The position numbers were made by a program, and so were the translations under genes. From Octopus vulgaris (Eukaryota), in assembly GCA_951406725.2 (NCBI GenBank), contig OX597814.1:150598001-150662000 (forward strand): a stretch of 64,000 nt of DNA. The letters are read 5' to 3'. Under the pieces are notes generated by a model. The model searched no databases. It was given only the letters and a program-made list of their open reading frames with translations, and had not been told where the DNA came from. Positions 1 to 13,931 of this stretch are shown piece after piece (position 1 is the stretch's first letter; each line of letters opens with the position of its first letter).

Positions 1-206
1 ATGTGTATATGCATAAGTGTATGAATATATGTGTATGCATATATATATATATGTATGTGTGTGTGTGTGTGTGTGCAAGTATGTATGTATATTTTTATAT
101 ATAACTTTATATACTCATTAATCGGTGAACATTTATAATTTGGCACACAATGACTGCGTAGTGTATGCCTATATATCTGTATGTGGGTAATGTGAGTGTA
201 TGTGGG

Positions 207-240
<34 letters not shown>

Positions 241-593
241 AGTGTATGTGGGTATATGTGTGTGTGTGTAAAATATATGTGCTTGTGCGTGAGAGAGAGA
301 AAGAGAGTATTATGTGTCTATGTGCGCGCGTGATGCATGTGTATTTCCCTGTGTACACCGGCAGAAACTTACATATATGCATAGATAGGATTTCAAAATT
401 TCCTTAGCGACATAAAAGAGGCAAAATTAAACTGTTCATAATAGTGTTTATTACTTATTGAATTGTACTGTCTTGCAAAATTGTTGATGACTTCGAAGTT
501 CCGCCGCTGTGGGATAAGCCCACAAATAGTCTAGAATTGACAGTGTATAAATATTTACATACATACATACATATATATGTATATGCGAGTGTA

Positions 594-790
594 TATGTTT
601 GTGTGTCTGTGTTTGTTCCCCCAACATCACTTGACAACCGATGGTGGTGTGTTTACGTCTCCGTAACTTAGCGATTCGGTAAAATATTTCGATAGAATAA
701 GTACTAGGCTTACAAAGAATCAGTCCTTGGGTCAATTTTCTCGACTAAAGGCGGTGCTCCATAACTGAAACAAGTTAAAGAGTAAAAGAG
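594..790 (+). mobile_element. SINE family A, 3' half
   Basis: Shares cttgacaaccgatg...gtaacttagcg...gatagaataagtactaggcttacaaagaat...ggcggtgctcc with the other copies. Confidence 0.8.
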
Positions 791-809
791 TAATATATAC
801 ATACATAAA

Positions 810-856
<47 letters not shown>

Positions 857-1035
857 ATATATATATATGTGTGTGTATACATATATGTGTATATAAAATA
901 ATCAGATAGGAGAAGGGAAATGAGAAATTAGATGCTTATTTCACTAGTTGACAGCTGTTTCATAATCTATATTAGTTACATAATCGATATAGACACATAT
1001 AAACACACTCAGATGTTTATATCTATCTACCCATC

Positions 1036-1096
<61 letters not shown>

Positions 1097-1097
1097 G

Positions 1098-1131
<34 letters not shown>

Positions 1132-1133
1132 CC

Positions 1134-1164
<31 letters not shown>

Positions 1165-1182
1165 TATATAATCTTGGGCAAG

Positions 1183-1513
1183 TGCTGTGTGGTAAGTAGC
1201 TTGGGCTAACCAACCACATGTGTTCTGGGTTCAGTCCCACTGCATGTCATCTTGGGCAAGTGCCTTCTGCCTGTGTATATATGTATATATATATATATGT
1301 ATGTGTGTATATGTTTGTGTGTCTGTGTTTGTCCTCCCTAGCATTGCTTGACAACCGATGCTGGTGTGTTTACGTCACCGTCACTCTAGCAGTTCAGCAA
1401 AAAGAGACTGATAGAATAAGTACTGGGCTTAGAAAGAATAAGTCCCGGGGTCGATTTGCTCGACTAAAGGCGGTGCTCCAGCATGGCCGCAGTCAAATGA
1501 CTGAAACAAGTAA
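1183..1513 (+). mobile_element. SINE family A (tRNA-like head, internal microsatellite)
   Basis: Head gctgtgtggtaag...gggttcagtccc (pol III A/B-box-like) plus the conserved body. Confidence 0.85.
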
Positions 1514-1603
1514 TATGTAATATATATATATATATATACATACACATAGATAGAGAGAGAAGAGAGAAGAGACAGACAGACTGACCAGAATTTTCCGACT
1601 AAT

Positions 1604-1646
<43 letters not shown>

Positions 1647-1734
1647 TCGTGAGTTTTCTCGTTAAAAAACCTGAATTTCCGAATCTAAATAAGTAAACGC
1701 TGCTAAGTATTGCATGTGTAAATGAGTGAGAAAA

Positions 1735-1767
<33 letters not shown>

Positions 1768-2291
1768 GTGCATGTGTATATGTGTGTATCTGTGTCTGTA
1801 AGTATCTTTGAGTCTAATGTGAGAGTATATTACATTCACATTACATTTATATTACATTTAAGTGTGTTGTATCTATCTATCTTTTCGCCTTCCTTCTTGT
1901 GCTCGCGGTCATGCGTGTTTATGTAACGAAATGCTTGTCTGACTGTGCTATATATATTTTAGTTGGCGGAAATAAATGCTCGTTCATGGTCTCGTATTTA
2001 AAAAATTATTTTGTATGATATTCGTCACTATGTATTTGTGTGCACATTGTAAACCATGTGTGTATGTGTTACAGTGTAGGAGGTTGTGCATTTTCAGTCT
2101 CTATAGGGAGTGTACGACAAAATTTTAAATTGTCTTAGCCCACAGCTAGTCTCACAGTTTCGACTAATCACCCTCTGTGGTTGCATCGTGACTAAAGTAA
2201 ATTAAAAGAAAAATATCTAATGGGAATTTGTAATGAATTAGCAACTTAATGACAAAAAAAAATGCACATTTCGTCTCTGATAAATATATAA

Positions 2292-2723
<432 letters not shown>

Positions 2724-2991
2724 GCGGAAACGGAGTGATAGTAATCGACCAAAAAAGCACAATAGCCCACTGAATAATCAGCCAAGTAATTAATGAGAAA
2801 AAAAAATTGTTTAACTCTTTACGTCTGAAGACATAAAGTGCAGTTCTTTGATGGAATTTCTCATAGGTGTTGAATACATACATACAAAGAAAAGTGCATT
2901 TGAGCAGACACCGGCACAGACACACGCACATTAACACACGTTATTTATGAGTATGTACAATGGTATATATCTGTAAGTAGATGTACTTACA

Positions 2992-3068
<77 letters not shown>

Positions 3069-3079
3069 GCATATATATA

Positions 3080-3275
3080 GTTAATGCAAACAAGAAAGCA
3101 CAAAAACACACAACAACGCGAGGACGTGGAACAAATATAGTATTATTGGACGCTCAGGAAAGAAGGAGGGTTTAACGTTTCGAGCGGAGCTCTTCGTCGG
3201 AAACATAGGAGAAGGAAAGATCCAGAGAAGGGAAGACAGAGGAAAAAAATCGCCAACGGTACACACGAGGTCACA
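3080..3275 (-). mobile_element. ~200-bp HHR-bearing element (family H1) in (TA)n; HHR at 3170-3204
   Basis: Sense strand GUUU-CCGACGA-A-GAGC(UCC)GCUC-GAAACGU-U-AAAC. Homologous to 39259-39455, 57462-57660 and 60690-60887. Confidence 0.75.
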
Positions 3276-3288
3276 CACATATATATAC

Positions 3289-3343
<55 letters not shown>

Positions 3344-3394
3344 TATCTGTACAGGTGTATATATATGTATGTATACACACACACACACTCACAG

Positions 3395-3428
<34 letters not shown>

Positions 3429-3638
3429 TTATACGCATACACATGTACATTATATATAAATATGTGAGCGTGTGTTTGTCTGCAGACTAGCTTGAGGATA
3501 CCGTACACTCACTTGTAGAGCTAAGAGAAACCCAAAAACTGACTCAACCAAAATATGTATACGTATGTATGTATCTATGCATATTTGTATGTGTGTGTGT
3601 GTATACACATATGCACGCCCACACACACATATTATATA

Positions 3639-3801
3639 GGCGCAGGTGTGGCTGTGTGGTAGGTAACTTGCTTACCAAGCACATGGTTCCGGGTTCAGTC
3701 TCAGTGCGTGGCTCCTTGAGCAAGTGTCTTCTACTATAGCCTCGCGCCGACCAAGGCCTTTTGAGTGGATTTGGTAAATGGAAACTGAAAGAGTCCCGTC
3801 G

Positions 3802-3871
<70 letters not shown>

Positions 3872-4100
3872 TATATACATGTGTGTGTATATGTTTGTGT
3901 GTCTGTTTTGTCCCACCAACATCGCTTGACAACCGATGCTGTTGTGTTTACGTCACAGTAACTTAGCGGTTCGGCAAAATAGACCGATAAAATAAGTACT
4001 AGGCTTACAATGAATAAGTTCTGAGGTTGATTTGCTTTACTTAAGGTTGTCTCCAGCATGGCCGCAATAAAACGACGGAAACAAATAAGAGAATAAAAGA
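3639..4100 (+). mobile_element. SINE family A, full length
   Basis: ggcgcaggtgtggctgtgtggtagg...ggttcagtc head; internal (TA)n; A-rich tail. Confidence 0.9.
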
Positions 4101-4869
4101 ATAGAATACATAGATATATGGATGTATGTATATATGTATGTATATATGTATGTATGTGTGTATGTATGTATGTGTGTATGTATGTATGTATATATGTATG
4201 TATGCATGAATGTATGTGTTGTGTATGTATGTATGTGTGTATATATGTATGTATATATGTATAAGTGTATGTATGTATATATATATATAATATATACTCA
4301 CATATATTTATACATAAACATATACATATGTGTATATACATATGTATCTATTTGTGTGTGTGTGTGTGTGTGCCTAAAATTCCAATTTTTGAGAGTGCTT
4401 GGTGTGCTTAAGCTTGCATGGATATCAGAGCGAACTGCTTTTCCTCTATATTGTTGTATTGAGCATTGTACTAAGCATTCTTTTGATATAAATATACATC
4501 GAAATCTCTACTGCAAACTACACTTTCGCACACAGGATAATCAGCCTGTACTTGATGCCCCTATCTCTGAGAAAACATGTACTCTTTATGATCGTACGTT
4601 TGTTAAGATTTCTTTTTTACAGGAACTGTAATGTCCAATACCTCATACTGACTAGCAGATTGAAACCGTGCAGAGATATTCAAACACCATGTGTGTTAAT
4701 TTATAATGGCTGCTATTGTAAAAGAATCTTAAGAATAAAATCAGAATAACATCAAGACAATCATTGACTGAGATACGAATCACGAAATTTATTTTCGCAT
4801 TTCGACTTTCATTTAACAGCCATTACGCAGGAAAGTTGAAGTTATCGTTTAAATTTATTGTTCGATTTT

Positions 4870-5241
4870 GTTCCAGTTTGGTCATATTGCCGGTAGAATT
4901 TAAGTGAGTAGCGAGTTACTACCTGTAAGCTTATCCCTAAACTTTCCATAATCTTTCAAGTGCTCAAAATCCTTCTGATTAATCTTTTCTGTTCCTAAGA
5001 GGTAAATTTTCTGTAGAAGCTCTACCGTTCATTCCATTTCATTCTCCATTGACCATTTGTCTATATCATTACTCACAGTTCCTAATGAACCAATTATTAC
5101 AGATACAACCATCTCAGTTTTCATATTACGAATTCTTACAATTTCAAATTACGAGGTATCGTATCTCTTTTTTTCTCTATTCTTTTCTGTCCTTGTATCT
5201 CTATTGTTTTCGGTCCTTACAATCCTTGAATCAAACGGACA
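4870..5241 (-). pseudogene. Dong/R4 3' fragment
   Basis: Minus strand reads CPFDSRIV...FEIVRIRNMK...VIIGSLGTVS...ELLQKIYLLGT, homologous to 7075-7310. Confidence 0.8.
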
Positions 5242-5276
5242 TTCTTCTTCTTCTTCTTCTTCTTCTTCTTCTTCTT

Positions 5277-5369
<93 letters not shown>

Positions 5370-5857
5370 GAGTGAGAGAGCAGTTCATGCCATCAAAGTG
5401 ACACTGGGGTAAAATATACGAAGCCCAATACACCCATCATGACTACACGTCTGATAAAGGTACACCAGGCACATGCATCTCAACCATATGTGCGCGACAT
5501 GGTGATCTCATATCAAGATAAACAGCACATGACCTTGCAGGTGGGGCCCAGTTAGAATTTTCTTCAGGTTGAGTAGCCCATCCCGCTCACAAGGTCCCTG
5601 AATAAGGGTTGTTTAAGGATGTTGAAAGAACCACCCATGTTTCCAGAAGTGAACTATTCAAACCCCAAAGAATCCCTCTCAACACATGGCTATGATGCTC
5701 CCCCACTACTTCTGCTCGTGATCAGAGATGCACATATCGTCAGCCACTAAGGGACATACTCAACTGGTTAAGGTCAAACAACTGACAAGCAAATCTGTGG
5801 TATTGAGCAGAATATTTGCTGTAGCCCATCTTTTATACCAGTAATTATTATTATTAA

Positions 5858-5902
<45 letters not shown>

Positions 5903-5990
5903 CATTATTATTATTGCTGTTATTGTCATTATTGTTGTTGTTGTTGTTATTATTGCTGTTGTTATTATTATTCTCATTATTATTATTGTA

Positions 5991-6130
5991 AGGCGACAAG
6001 ACGAATATAAAGGAGATTGGAATAGAATGCCTAGTAGAACTATAAAGCTGAAAAGAACGGATAGGCTGCAGGTAGCAAGCCCGCTACCCATGCAAAATTC
6101 CAGGAGTTCCAACAAAACCTGTGATAAAAA
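5991..6130 (+). mobile_element. Very short Dong/R4 3'-end copy in (TAA)n
   Basis: Matches 7233-7398 with internal deletions (gaatataaaggagattggaataga...ccaacaaaacctgtga); followed by TAA repeats. Confidence 0.8.
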
Positions 6131-6184
6131 TATGTAATGATAATAATAATAATAATAATGATAATAATAATAATAATAATAATG

Positions 6185-6276
<92 letters not shown>

Positions 6277-7420
6277 GGCGCTCGAATCCTAAAGTGGGCA
6301 GAGAAGGAGCTAAAGTAGATGGACAGGAAGTCAACAAAGTTCCTAACGATGCATGGAGCCCATCATCCACGTGCAGACACTGATCACCTATACGAGAAGA
6401 ATGCAAATAGAGGAAGGGGACTGATAAGTGTGGATGACGGTGTGTATTGAACTCGAGAGCTTAATGAGATACCTAGCCCAAAGTAAGGAAACCTTGGTAA
6501 TGACAGTTAAAAACGATGGAGTATTGAAAGCAGAGACAAAAGAAGAAACAAAGGAAGAATTACAAAAAGAACATGAAGAAGAATTACAATCAGTTCCATG
6601 TAACCACAACAGAAGTTGCTAGAAAAATAGGTAGTATTGGCTGATGAAAGGAACCTTTAAAGAAAAGTGAGACCGCGAGAGAGCACTGTACTGGCAGGGC
6701 AAGACCAAGCATTGGTCACAAACAGGAGGGTTAACCTTAGGAATGTGCAAGTGTCACCGCTGTACTACATCTGCAGCAGAGTAGATGAAATTATTGTCCA
6801 TAACATGAACGAATGCCCAAGACTTGTCCTAAACCACTACAAATTGTGGCGACACGATCAGGTAGCGAAAGTGCCGCATTGGAAACTGTGCGAAGAGTGG
6901 AGGGTAGTGAGAGGCAAGACGTAGTATGAGCGCAAACTTCAGAGAGTGGCAGAGTCGGAGACTAGCAAAATTCTCTGGGATTTCCCAACCCAAACAGATC
7001 AGGTGCTAAAGCATAACAGACCGGACTTAGTGGTGGTGTGCAAGGTGCACCACATATGCTATATAGTTGATGCATGCCCCTTTGACTCACGAATAGTCAA
7101 GAAGGAAGGCGAAAAGATAGATAGATACAACACACTTAAATATGAAATTGACCGGATATGGAAAATGAAGACGGTGAAGATAGTGCCAATTATTGTTGGA
7201 TCTTTGGGAACAGTATCAGAAGGCACCGAGAGGAATATCAAGGAAATTGAAATAGAGTGCCCTGTAGAACTGCTACAAAACCTTTGCTTCCTTGCCACGG
7301 CCTGAATAATCAGGAAAGCATTAGATAGCTGAAAAGAACGAATAGCACGATAACGTAGGCTGCAGGTAGTAAGCCCGCTATGTGTGTCAGTCTCCATGAG
7401 CTCCAACAAAACCTGTGAAA
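6277..7420 (+). pseudogene. 5'-truncated, decayed Dong/R4-clade non-LTR retrotransposon (zinc knuckle remnant + restriction-like endonuclease)
   Basis: ...DEIIVHNMNECP...WRHDQVAKVPHW; KILWDFPTQTDQVLKHNRPDLVVV...IVDACPFD...KIDRY...VPIIVGSLG. Contains stops and frameshifts. Ends in poly(A) then (TAA)n, the known Dong target. Confidence 0.88.
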
Positions 7421-7433
7421 AAGAAAAAAAAAA

Positions 7434-7475
<42 letters not shown>

Positions 7476-7514
7476 GATAATTATAATAATGATAATAATG
7501 ACTACAACAAAGGA

Positions 7515-7921
7515 ACTTGTTTGTTAATAGATATGTCTGTCCCACAAAATCAAAATGTTTCAAGAAAAGAATACGAAAAACTTTATCACTATAAATATCT
7601 TCAAATTGAAATCACAAAAATGTGGAAGCTTAGTACTACGATAACATCAGTGGTATTTGGTGCTTTGGGAATGATAAAGAAGTGAGCTGGGGTTATATTA
7701 AGCAACTCCCTAGTAACTCCAATTTCCGTGAACTACAAAAGATAAGCTTGATGGGTATGGCTCATATACAACGGAAAGCACTCTCGATATAAAATGGAAT
7801 AAAAGTGGTAATAATTTTAGCAACAATACCAAAGCAAAAGTTCCCTTGCTACTGTTGGCCTCCGGAGGATACCCAGTGTTAAGACAGCTGAAATAAAGTT
7901 AGAATGAAAGGAAGCCATAAA
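7515..7921 (+). pseudogene. Second Dong/R4 family 3' fragment
   Basis: CLLIDMSVPQNQNVSRKEYEKLYHYKYLQIEITKMWKL...VVFGALGMIKK. Flanked by TAA/CAA repeats. Confidence 0.8.
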
Positions 7922-7995
7922 CGATAACAACAACAACAACAACAACAACAATAATAATAATAATAATGATAATGATGATAATAATAATAATAATG

Positions 7996-8132
7996 TTAAG
8001 GCTATGAAGCAGATAGAAGAGACGGGCTATTAGTACTTGGGGATTTCGGAAATGGATAAATTGTGGAGAAAGAAATGACAGAAGGTGGAGTACTTTTTCT
8101 CAGACTGAGACTGATACTTAAGTCGAAATTAC
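7996..8132 (+). pseudogene. Dong/R4 RT-thumb fragment
   Basis: KQIEETGY*YLGISE...RLRLILKSKL resembles the YKYLG...RLRKILKSKL block of R4-clade RTs. Confidence 0.55.
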
Positions 8133-8134
8133 AC

Positions 8135-9118
<984 letters not shown>

Positions 9119-9440
9119 GTAGATAGATAGATAGATAGATACAGGAGCAAACAATTCACCAGAAAAATAATTCACGAAAAATTAATTTGCGAAGATATCA
9201 TTAATTCTGTTATTATCCAATGTAACTATTTTTAAAAAAATGATAATAACAGAATCAATAATATAGATGATTGCAGTCCCCAAAAAATCGATCAATTTTA
9301 ATATATATATATATATATATATTGTTATATTTCGGAATGGTCATATTGCCAGTTTAGCCAATAAAAACACACGCACTATATATTTGGTGTTATTTTGCTT
9401 CAGTGATATTTATTTTTTACATTAATCTTAATCTTATTTC

Positions 9441-9485
9441 GGCCAAAGTTCTTTCGTCACACTCCTGTGACCGCATCAGTGGTCC
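9441..9485 (-). ncRNA. Minimal type-I hammerhead-like motif in the PLE pseudo-LTR (3' copy)
   Basis: Sense strand GGACCA-CUGAUGC-G-GUCACA(GGAG)UGUGAC-GAAA-GAACU-U-UGGCC. Perfect 6-bp stem II, bulged stem I, A9->C variant. PLE pLTRs are known to carry minimal HHRs. Confidence 0.6.
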
Positions 9486-10006
9486 TTTGTTTTCTTCTCA
9501 CTTACTTGTGTCTCTCCTTACTAACAGTCAGCCATTTTGTATTTCTATTGTATGTCTTCATTTGCGCATGCTTATATCTCTATGTGCGTCTATGTTTATT
9601 TAGTGTGTGTGTGGGGGGGATGCCTGTAATATTTGTATCTTCTGGTTATATACATTCTTGTAATTTGTATTTTGTTTTTGTTGTTGTTGCTTTTGTTCTA
9701 ATTTTGTTCATGTGTTTACATCCACCCATTATCATCATTACATATGCTTGTATGTATGTATAACAACAATATTAGTAATAATAATAATAAATCTAATCGA
9801 AAAAAAAAAAAAAAAAAAAGAATATACATATACACATATATATATACATACACATACATATACATATATATATATATATACATATATACACACACATATA
9901 TACACATATACATATACATATATATACACATATACATATATATAGATATTCATTTCTATTTCTTTAATTACCTGTGTATTTATTATGTTTGCAGGATCCA
10001 CTATTG

Positions 10007-10231
10007 TCATATGTTGTGGTGTGCGCTATTGCTCCATTCTAGTTTTCTATTCAGGCTAGGTTTATTTTCTATTATATGTGTAGCTTCTGTAATTTGTCTA
10101 ATTGTTGCATCTGTTCTATGTGTGGACAATATCTTAATCTCTATGTTATTGATTGATCCCCCGTGTTCTTGTTCGGCGTGTTGGTACAGAATCGATGAGC
10201 TTTTACCTTCCTTGAGTTGTCTCCAATTTTT
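10007..10231 (-). CDS. C-terminal half of the PLE GIY-YIG endonuclease, separated from the main ORF by a 1-nt frameshift in an A5 run
   Basis: Reads [21 protein letters not shown]...[22 protein letters not shown], supplying His residues, the catalytic Glu (ITEA) and the Asn (PSLN) of GIY-YIG. Removing one base from the T5 run at 10227-10231 fuses it in frame to ...ERVNE. Confidence 0.88.
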   Translation of the reverse strand, partial: KNWRQLKEGKSSSILYQHAEQEHGGSINNIEIKILSTHRTDATIRQITEATHIIENKPSLNRKLEWSNSAHHNI

Positions 10232-13200
10232 CATTCACCCGCTCACCAATGCTTCTTGCAGTTTCCCCTACGTATGTTACTGTCTTGTTACTGCATTGTC
10301 CCTCTATACATCTTATACTATAGACCACATTTCTGGCTTTACAGTTCGTTTGTGGGCTAAATCTACATACAGTGCAATAGTTATCCGTACAGAGAGTTCT
10401 ACTAAAAGGATAGCTTCTACCAATTATAGATCTGATAGGGTTGCCTGGCTTTTCAACAACCTTAATTCTTAGTTTAAGTTTATCTAGGGTCCTTCTAAAG
10501 CGGTACGCTAGTTCACCTCCAGGGGTGGTGTCAACGAACATGACACTCTGGTATTTATGGCTATCATACCAAGAGTTGGCCTTCCCTATTTTCTTTTTTG
10601 TCCTTTCTATAGTGTTCCATGACTTGTTCCTATAGAGTGGGCAAATCCCATTCCTATCATTACATAATATATTATCAAATTTTTTCATGGCTCCTTTGTA
10701 TACTCTGATCCTTTCTTTATGGCTGTAACCTGAGAACTGCATGCGGTGAATGAAATACTGTATGTGTCTCTTTAATTCTGTAGGCTCGCACATGCGTGAC
10801 ACATTTCTCATTATTCTGACGAGGTCTGCCATCGAAATATTGAATTTGGCATTGCCCGCAATGGCTGAGTTCCGGTGGATCAGGTATTTTGAGGCCATAG
10901 GTTTTGCATAGTATGAATGAAGGATTTGGGTTTGGGTTTTATTTTTCACAATTTCTAGCCAGAGTTCAGTGTCTAGTACTGGTAGTCTATGGTTGGGGTG
11001 TTTAGTGGGGTAGTCTATTGTGACCTTAATACTCTGGTGGATGGAGTTAGCTATTTGCTGGATGCTCTCCATAGTATTAGTTTCTATTACTATATCAACA
11101 GTACTCTCTTGTGGGGGTGCCTTTACTACTATATTGATATCATCAACATAGCGAGAGTACATGTTTACGAGTATGGATTTCTGCAGTAGGCATTCTTTAA
11201 GCCTTCTGTCCCACCATACCATGAAGAGGTTGGCCACATCACCAGCGATACTAACACCGATGGCTGCCCCCTCGTCCTGGGCATATATTTTATTATTAAA
11301 TTTAAATGTGTGGCCTTTTAGGGTAACTCTTATACTAGCTCCTAGTGCATGTGCGATCATTTTCTTTACCTGATGGACATTTGCGGGGCTCCGTATGGCT
11401 CTGGTCCATCCGCGCCATCTTTCTATATGTGTCTTCCTAGCCATAGAAGTAATTGTAGGCGGTCTACCTCTTAAACATCTACTGGGGCAGAAACTACTAA
11501 GGTTATGTTTATCTAAGTATTCACTATTATATGTCAGTCTAAGTAGGAGGCCCAGTTCTTCTGTGTCGACATTACAGAACTCCACCTGGCTCTCGTTGAT
11601 CATCTCCACGCACTTCTCCACTGCAAAATCTACGTCAATCGATGGGTATAGGGATACCACATCCATGCTACCTACTATACATCCTGTCAAGTCACAAGTT
11701 TTGTTACAGTCACTGATCCTGCTTAGGAGATCTTCTGTGCTGTCACACACATCAGGTGACATCCTGATTATAGGGCGTATGATCATTGAGAGGAAGTAGG
11801 AGATTCTGTAATTGCTAGCGATATTCGCTCCACAGACTGGTCTTGTTGGTGGTCCTGCTATAGGGTCAGTAAAACCTTTATGGTCCTTGCGAAGTCCATA
11901 CAGTGCCGGGATATCATTGTTCCAGGCTTGGAAATTCTTTGCAGTACGTTTCTGAGGTCCCAGAACAATTGTCCACATCATCATGTGGGCATTGAGGACC
12001 TTTTCTCTCTCCTCATGCGCCTGTACAGTTGTTACTTTTGTATTGGCGATATGAGGTTGCATTGCCTGGATGTAGTTCGGTAAGCTGTCTATTGACATCC
12101 TGCCGGACTTATCCGTGGGAAGGCATATCACCTCTCCGTTCCTCGTGCGCTGAATGAGCTTCTGTAGGCCACATGCAGGTTTAATCCCTAGTTGTTGGGC
12201 ATCTGTCTTATTCTGTCTCTGTCTCTTAATGTATAATCCTAAAATCTGTCTAAGTTTGGTCCTAGCTATAGTGAACTGTGCTTCCATGTGGTCATTAGTA
12301 CGTCTTGGGATGTATACTCTTTTGTTGAAGGGTAATGTTGTTGGATAAATTCGGTTCATGCAGTAAGTTTTGTCGCATACGTTGAAGAATTGAGTGTCAA
12401 AGGGATGGGTATACATGTCAATGGTCTCTCTAGGGTTATCTTCATTATCGTTACTGTTTCCAACATCAGCCTTCCTATTATTATTATCACCATTACCACT
12501 ACTACTACTACTAGTATTCCTATTACCACCACAATTATCACTACTATCCTTATTACTACTTCTACTGTTACCATCACCACTACTACTACCACTATTATTG
12601 TTATTACCTTTATTCCTACCATTGCCATTATTACTATCATCGCTAGTGATATATTCATTGTTCCTGTTTCTGGTATATGTGTTGTTTATATTAGTGTTGG
12701 GTTTTATGTCTGTCTGTTGGTCCCTGTCAATCCCCCTGTTGCGGTCGTTATTTTTGTTCCTATGAGTATTGTTATCTGTTTCAAGTCCGCTGACTCCCTG
12801 TCCAAGGATCCTGTTGCATTCAACTTTATTCTCCATCGTGACCCCTATGACACAACTTTTATTCGTGTCTTTGTGACTATGGCTATCTGTGTGTGTGTTT
12901 GTGTGTCGGTTCTCCCTATAATTGTTGTTGTTGTTGCTGTTGTATACGATTTTTCTCTCTCTGTTTGTGTTTTTGTTTTTGTATCTATTGTTTGTGTCTA
13001 TGCATACATTTTTTCTATTGTTATTGTTGTTGTCGCTGTTAGGGTTGTTGTTGTTGTTGCCTCTGTTAGGGTTCGTGTTGCTTTTGTTGCTACGGTTGTT
13101 ATTGTTGCGGTCATTATTGTTTGTGTTGTTGTTGCTGCGGTTAGTGTTTTTCGCGTTGTTGTTGTTGTCGCAAGTGTTGTTGTCATAGTATCTATTTAAA

Positions 13201-13931
13201 TTCCAACGTATTTTTTTGAACGACTTTTCAATCTCGGACAGGCATTTGATGGTATTCACTTTACTATACACTGCATACTTTGGTGGTAGTTGAAGTATCG
13301 ATATTTCATCTGGGTCCGTTGTTACTCCCCCATAGATGTTTGCTTCATTGTCTTTATTGAACTCTTCTGGTAGTAGCACATCTTCCATAATAATTCCATT
13401 TATTGTATCTGGATACTTCTGCTTTTCTTCCTTTGCGAGCTCATATTGACGTTTCTGTTTCAACCACGATAACTTCCTCTTAAAATGGATATTGCATTGG
13501 TGTATTACATGTCTGTTTTCTTCATATATTATATCCATTATTAAGGTTTTCTCCTTTCGTGTGGTGATACTTTTAATTTCTTTTAAAAATATACGTTTAC
13601 GCTTCTCTTGTTCGCTCAGCTCTCTGTATATTCTATTTCTTATATTTACCATTAGCGTCCTTTTTAGTCTTTCCGCTTGTCCGTTAGTGAGGTCAAGCCG
13701 TTTAACGTTGGCTGTGACCTTGTTGATACATATCCTGGACGAGACACATTGTTTTATAAAACGAAGCTGTTGCGTTGTCACAGTTTTCTTTAGGCAACAA
13801 AATATAGTGTTCTTCAGCATCTTGCAAGCCTGGCTGTGGCTCACGTTAGTACGTTTAAATATTTGTTGTGCAAGATTTTTTATGTGAAGTCGTGTGTTGA
13901 AACAGATATTGTTATATTTCGGAATGGTCAT
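10203..13931 (-). CDS. PLE polyprotein: N-terminal domain, Asn-rich linker, reverse transcriptase, Cys-rich linker, N-terminal part of GIY-YIG endonuclease
   Basis: 1242-aa ORF with a true ATG at 13931. PLE RT motifs [36 protein letters not shown] and YSRYVDDI; thumb region VLDTEL...YAKPMAS; linker C-x4-C-x2-C; GIY-YIG VVYSIRC-x4-C...[12 protein letters not shown]. Confidence 0.95.
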   Translation of the reverse strand: MTIPKYNNICFNTRLHIKNLAQQIFKRTNVSHSQACKMLKNTIFCCLKKTVTTQQLRFIKQCVSSRICINKVTANVKRLDLTNGQAERLKRTLMVNIRNRIYRELSEQEKRKRIFLKEIKSITTRKEKTLIMDIIYEENRHVIHQCNIHFKRKLSWLKQKRQYELAKEEKQKYPDTINGIIMEDVLLPEEFNKDNEANIYGGVTTDPDEISILQLPPKYAVYSKVNTIKCLSEIEKSFKKIRWNLNRYYDNNTCDNNNNAKNTNRSNNNTNNNDRNNNNRSNKSNTNPNRGNNNNNPNSDNNNNNRKNVCIDTNNRYKNKNTNRERKIVYNSNNNNNYRENRHTNTHTDSHSHKDTNKSCVIGVTMENKVECNRILGQGVSGLETDNNTHRNKNNDRNRGIDRDQQTDIKPNTNINNTYTRNRNNEYITSDDSNNGNGRNKGNNNNSGSSSGDGNSRSSNKDSSDNCGGNRNTSSSSSGNGDNNNRKADVGNSNDNEDNPRETIDMYTHPFDTQFFNVCDKTYCMNRIYPTTLPFNKRVYIPRRTNDHMEAQFTIARTKLRQILGLYIKRQRQNKTDAQQLGIKPACGLQKLIQRTRNGEVICLPTDKSGRMSIDSLPNYIQAMQPHIANTKVTTVQAHEEREKVLNAHMMMWTIVLGPQKRTAKNFQAWNNDIPALYGLRKDHKGFTDPIAGPPTRPVCGANIASNYRISYFLSMIIRPIIRMSPDVCDSTEDLLSRISDCNKTCDLTGCIVGSMDVVSLYPSIDVDFAVEKCVEMINESQVEFCNVDTEELGLLLRLTYNSEYLDKHNLSSFCPSRCLRGRPPTITSMARKTHIERWRGWTRAIRSPANVHQVKKMIAHALGASIRVTLKGHTFKFNNKIYAQDEGAAIGVSIAGDVANLFMVWWDRRLKECLLQKSILVNMYSRYVDDINIVVKAPPQESTVDIVIETNTMESIQQIANSIHQSIKVTIDYPTKHPNHRLPVLDTELWLEIVKNKTQTQILHSYYAKPMASKYLIHRNSAIAGNAKFNISMADLVRIMRNVSRMCEPTELKRHIQYFIHRMQFSGYSHKERIRVYKGAMKKFDNILCNDRNGICPLYRNKSWNTIERTKKKIGKANSWYDSHKYQSVMFVDTTPGGELAYRFRRTLDKLKLRIKVVEKPGNPIRSIIGRSYPFSRTLCTDNYCTVCRFSPQTNCKARNVVYSIRCIEGQCSNKTVTYVGETARSIGERVNEKLETTQGR

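Noticed and set aside
2821-2868. CUGAAGA-hairpin-GAAU hammerhead candidate
   Set aside because: GAAA is broken, and there is no stem III palindrome or convincing stem I.
12390-13199. 269-aa hydrophobic ORF antisense to the PLE
   Set aside because: Mirror of the Asn-rich repeat (GTT/ATT codons); no independent evidence.
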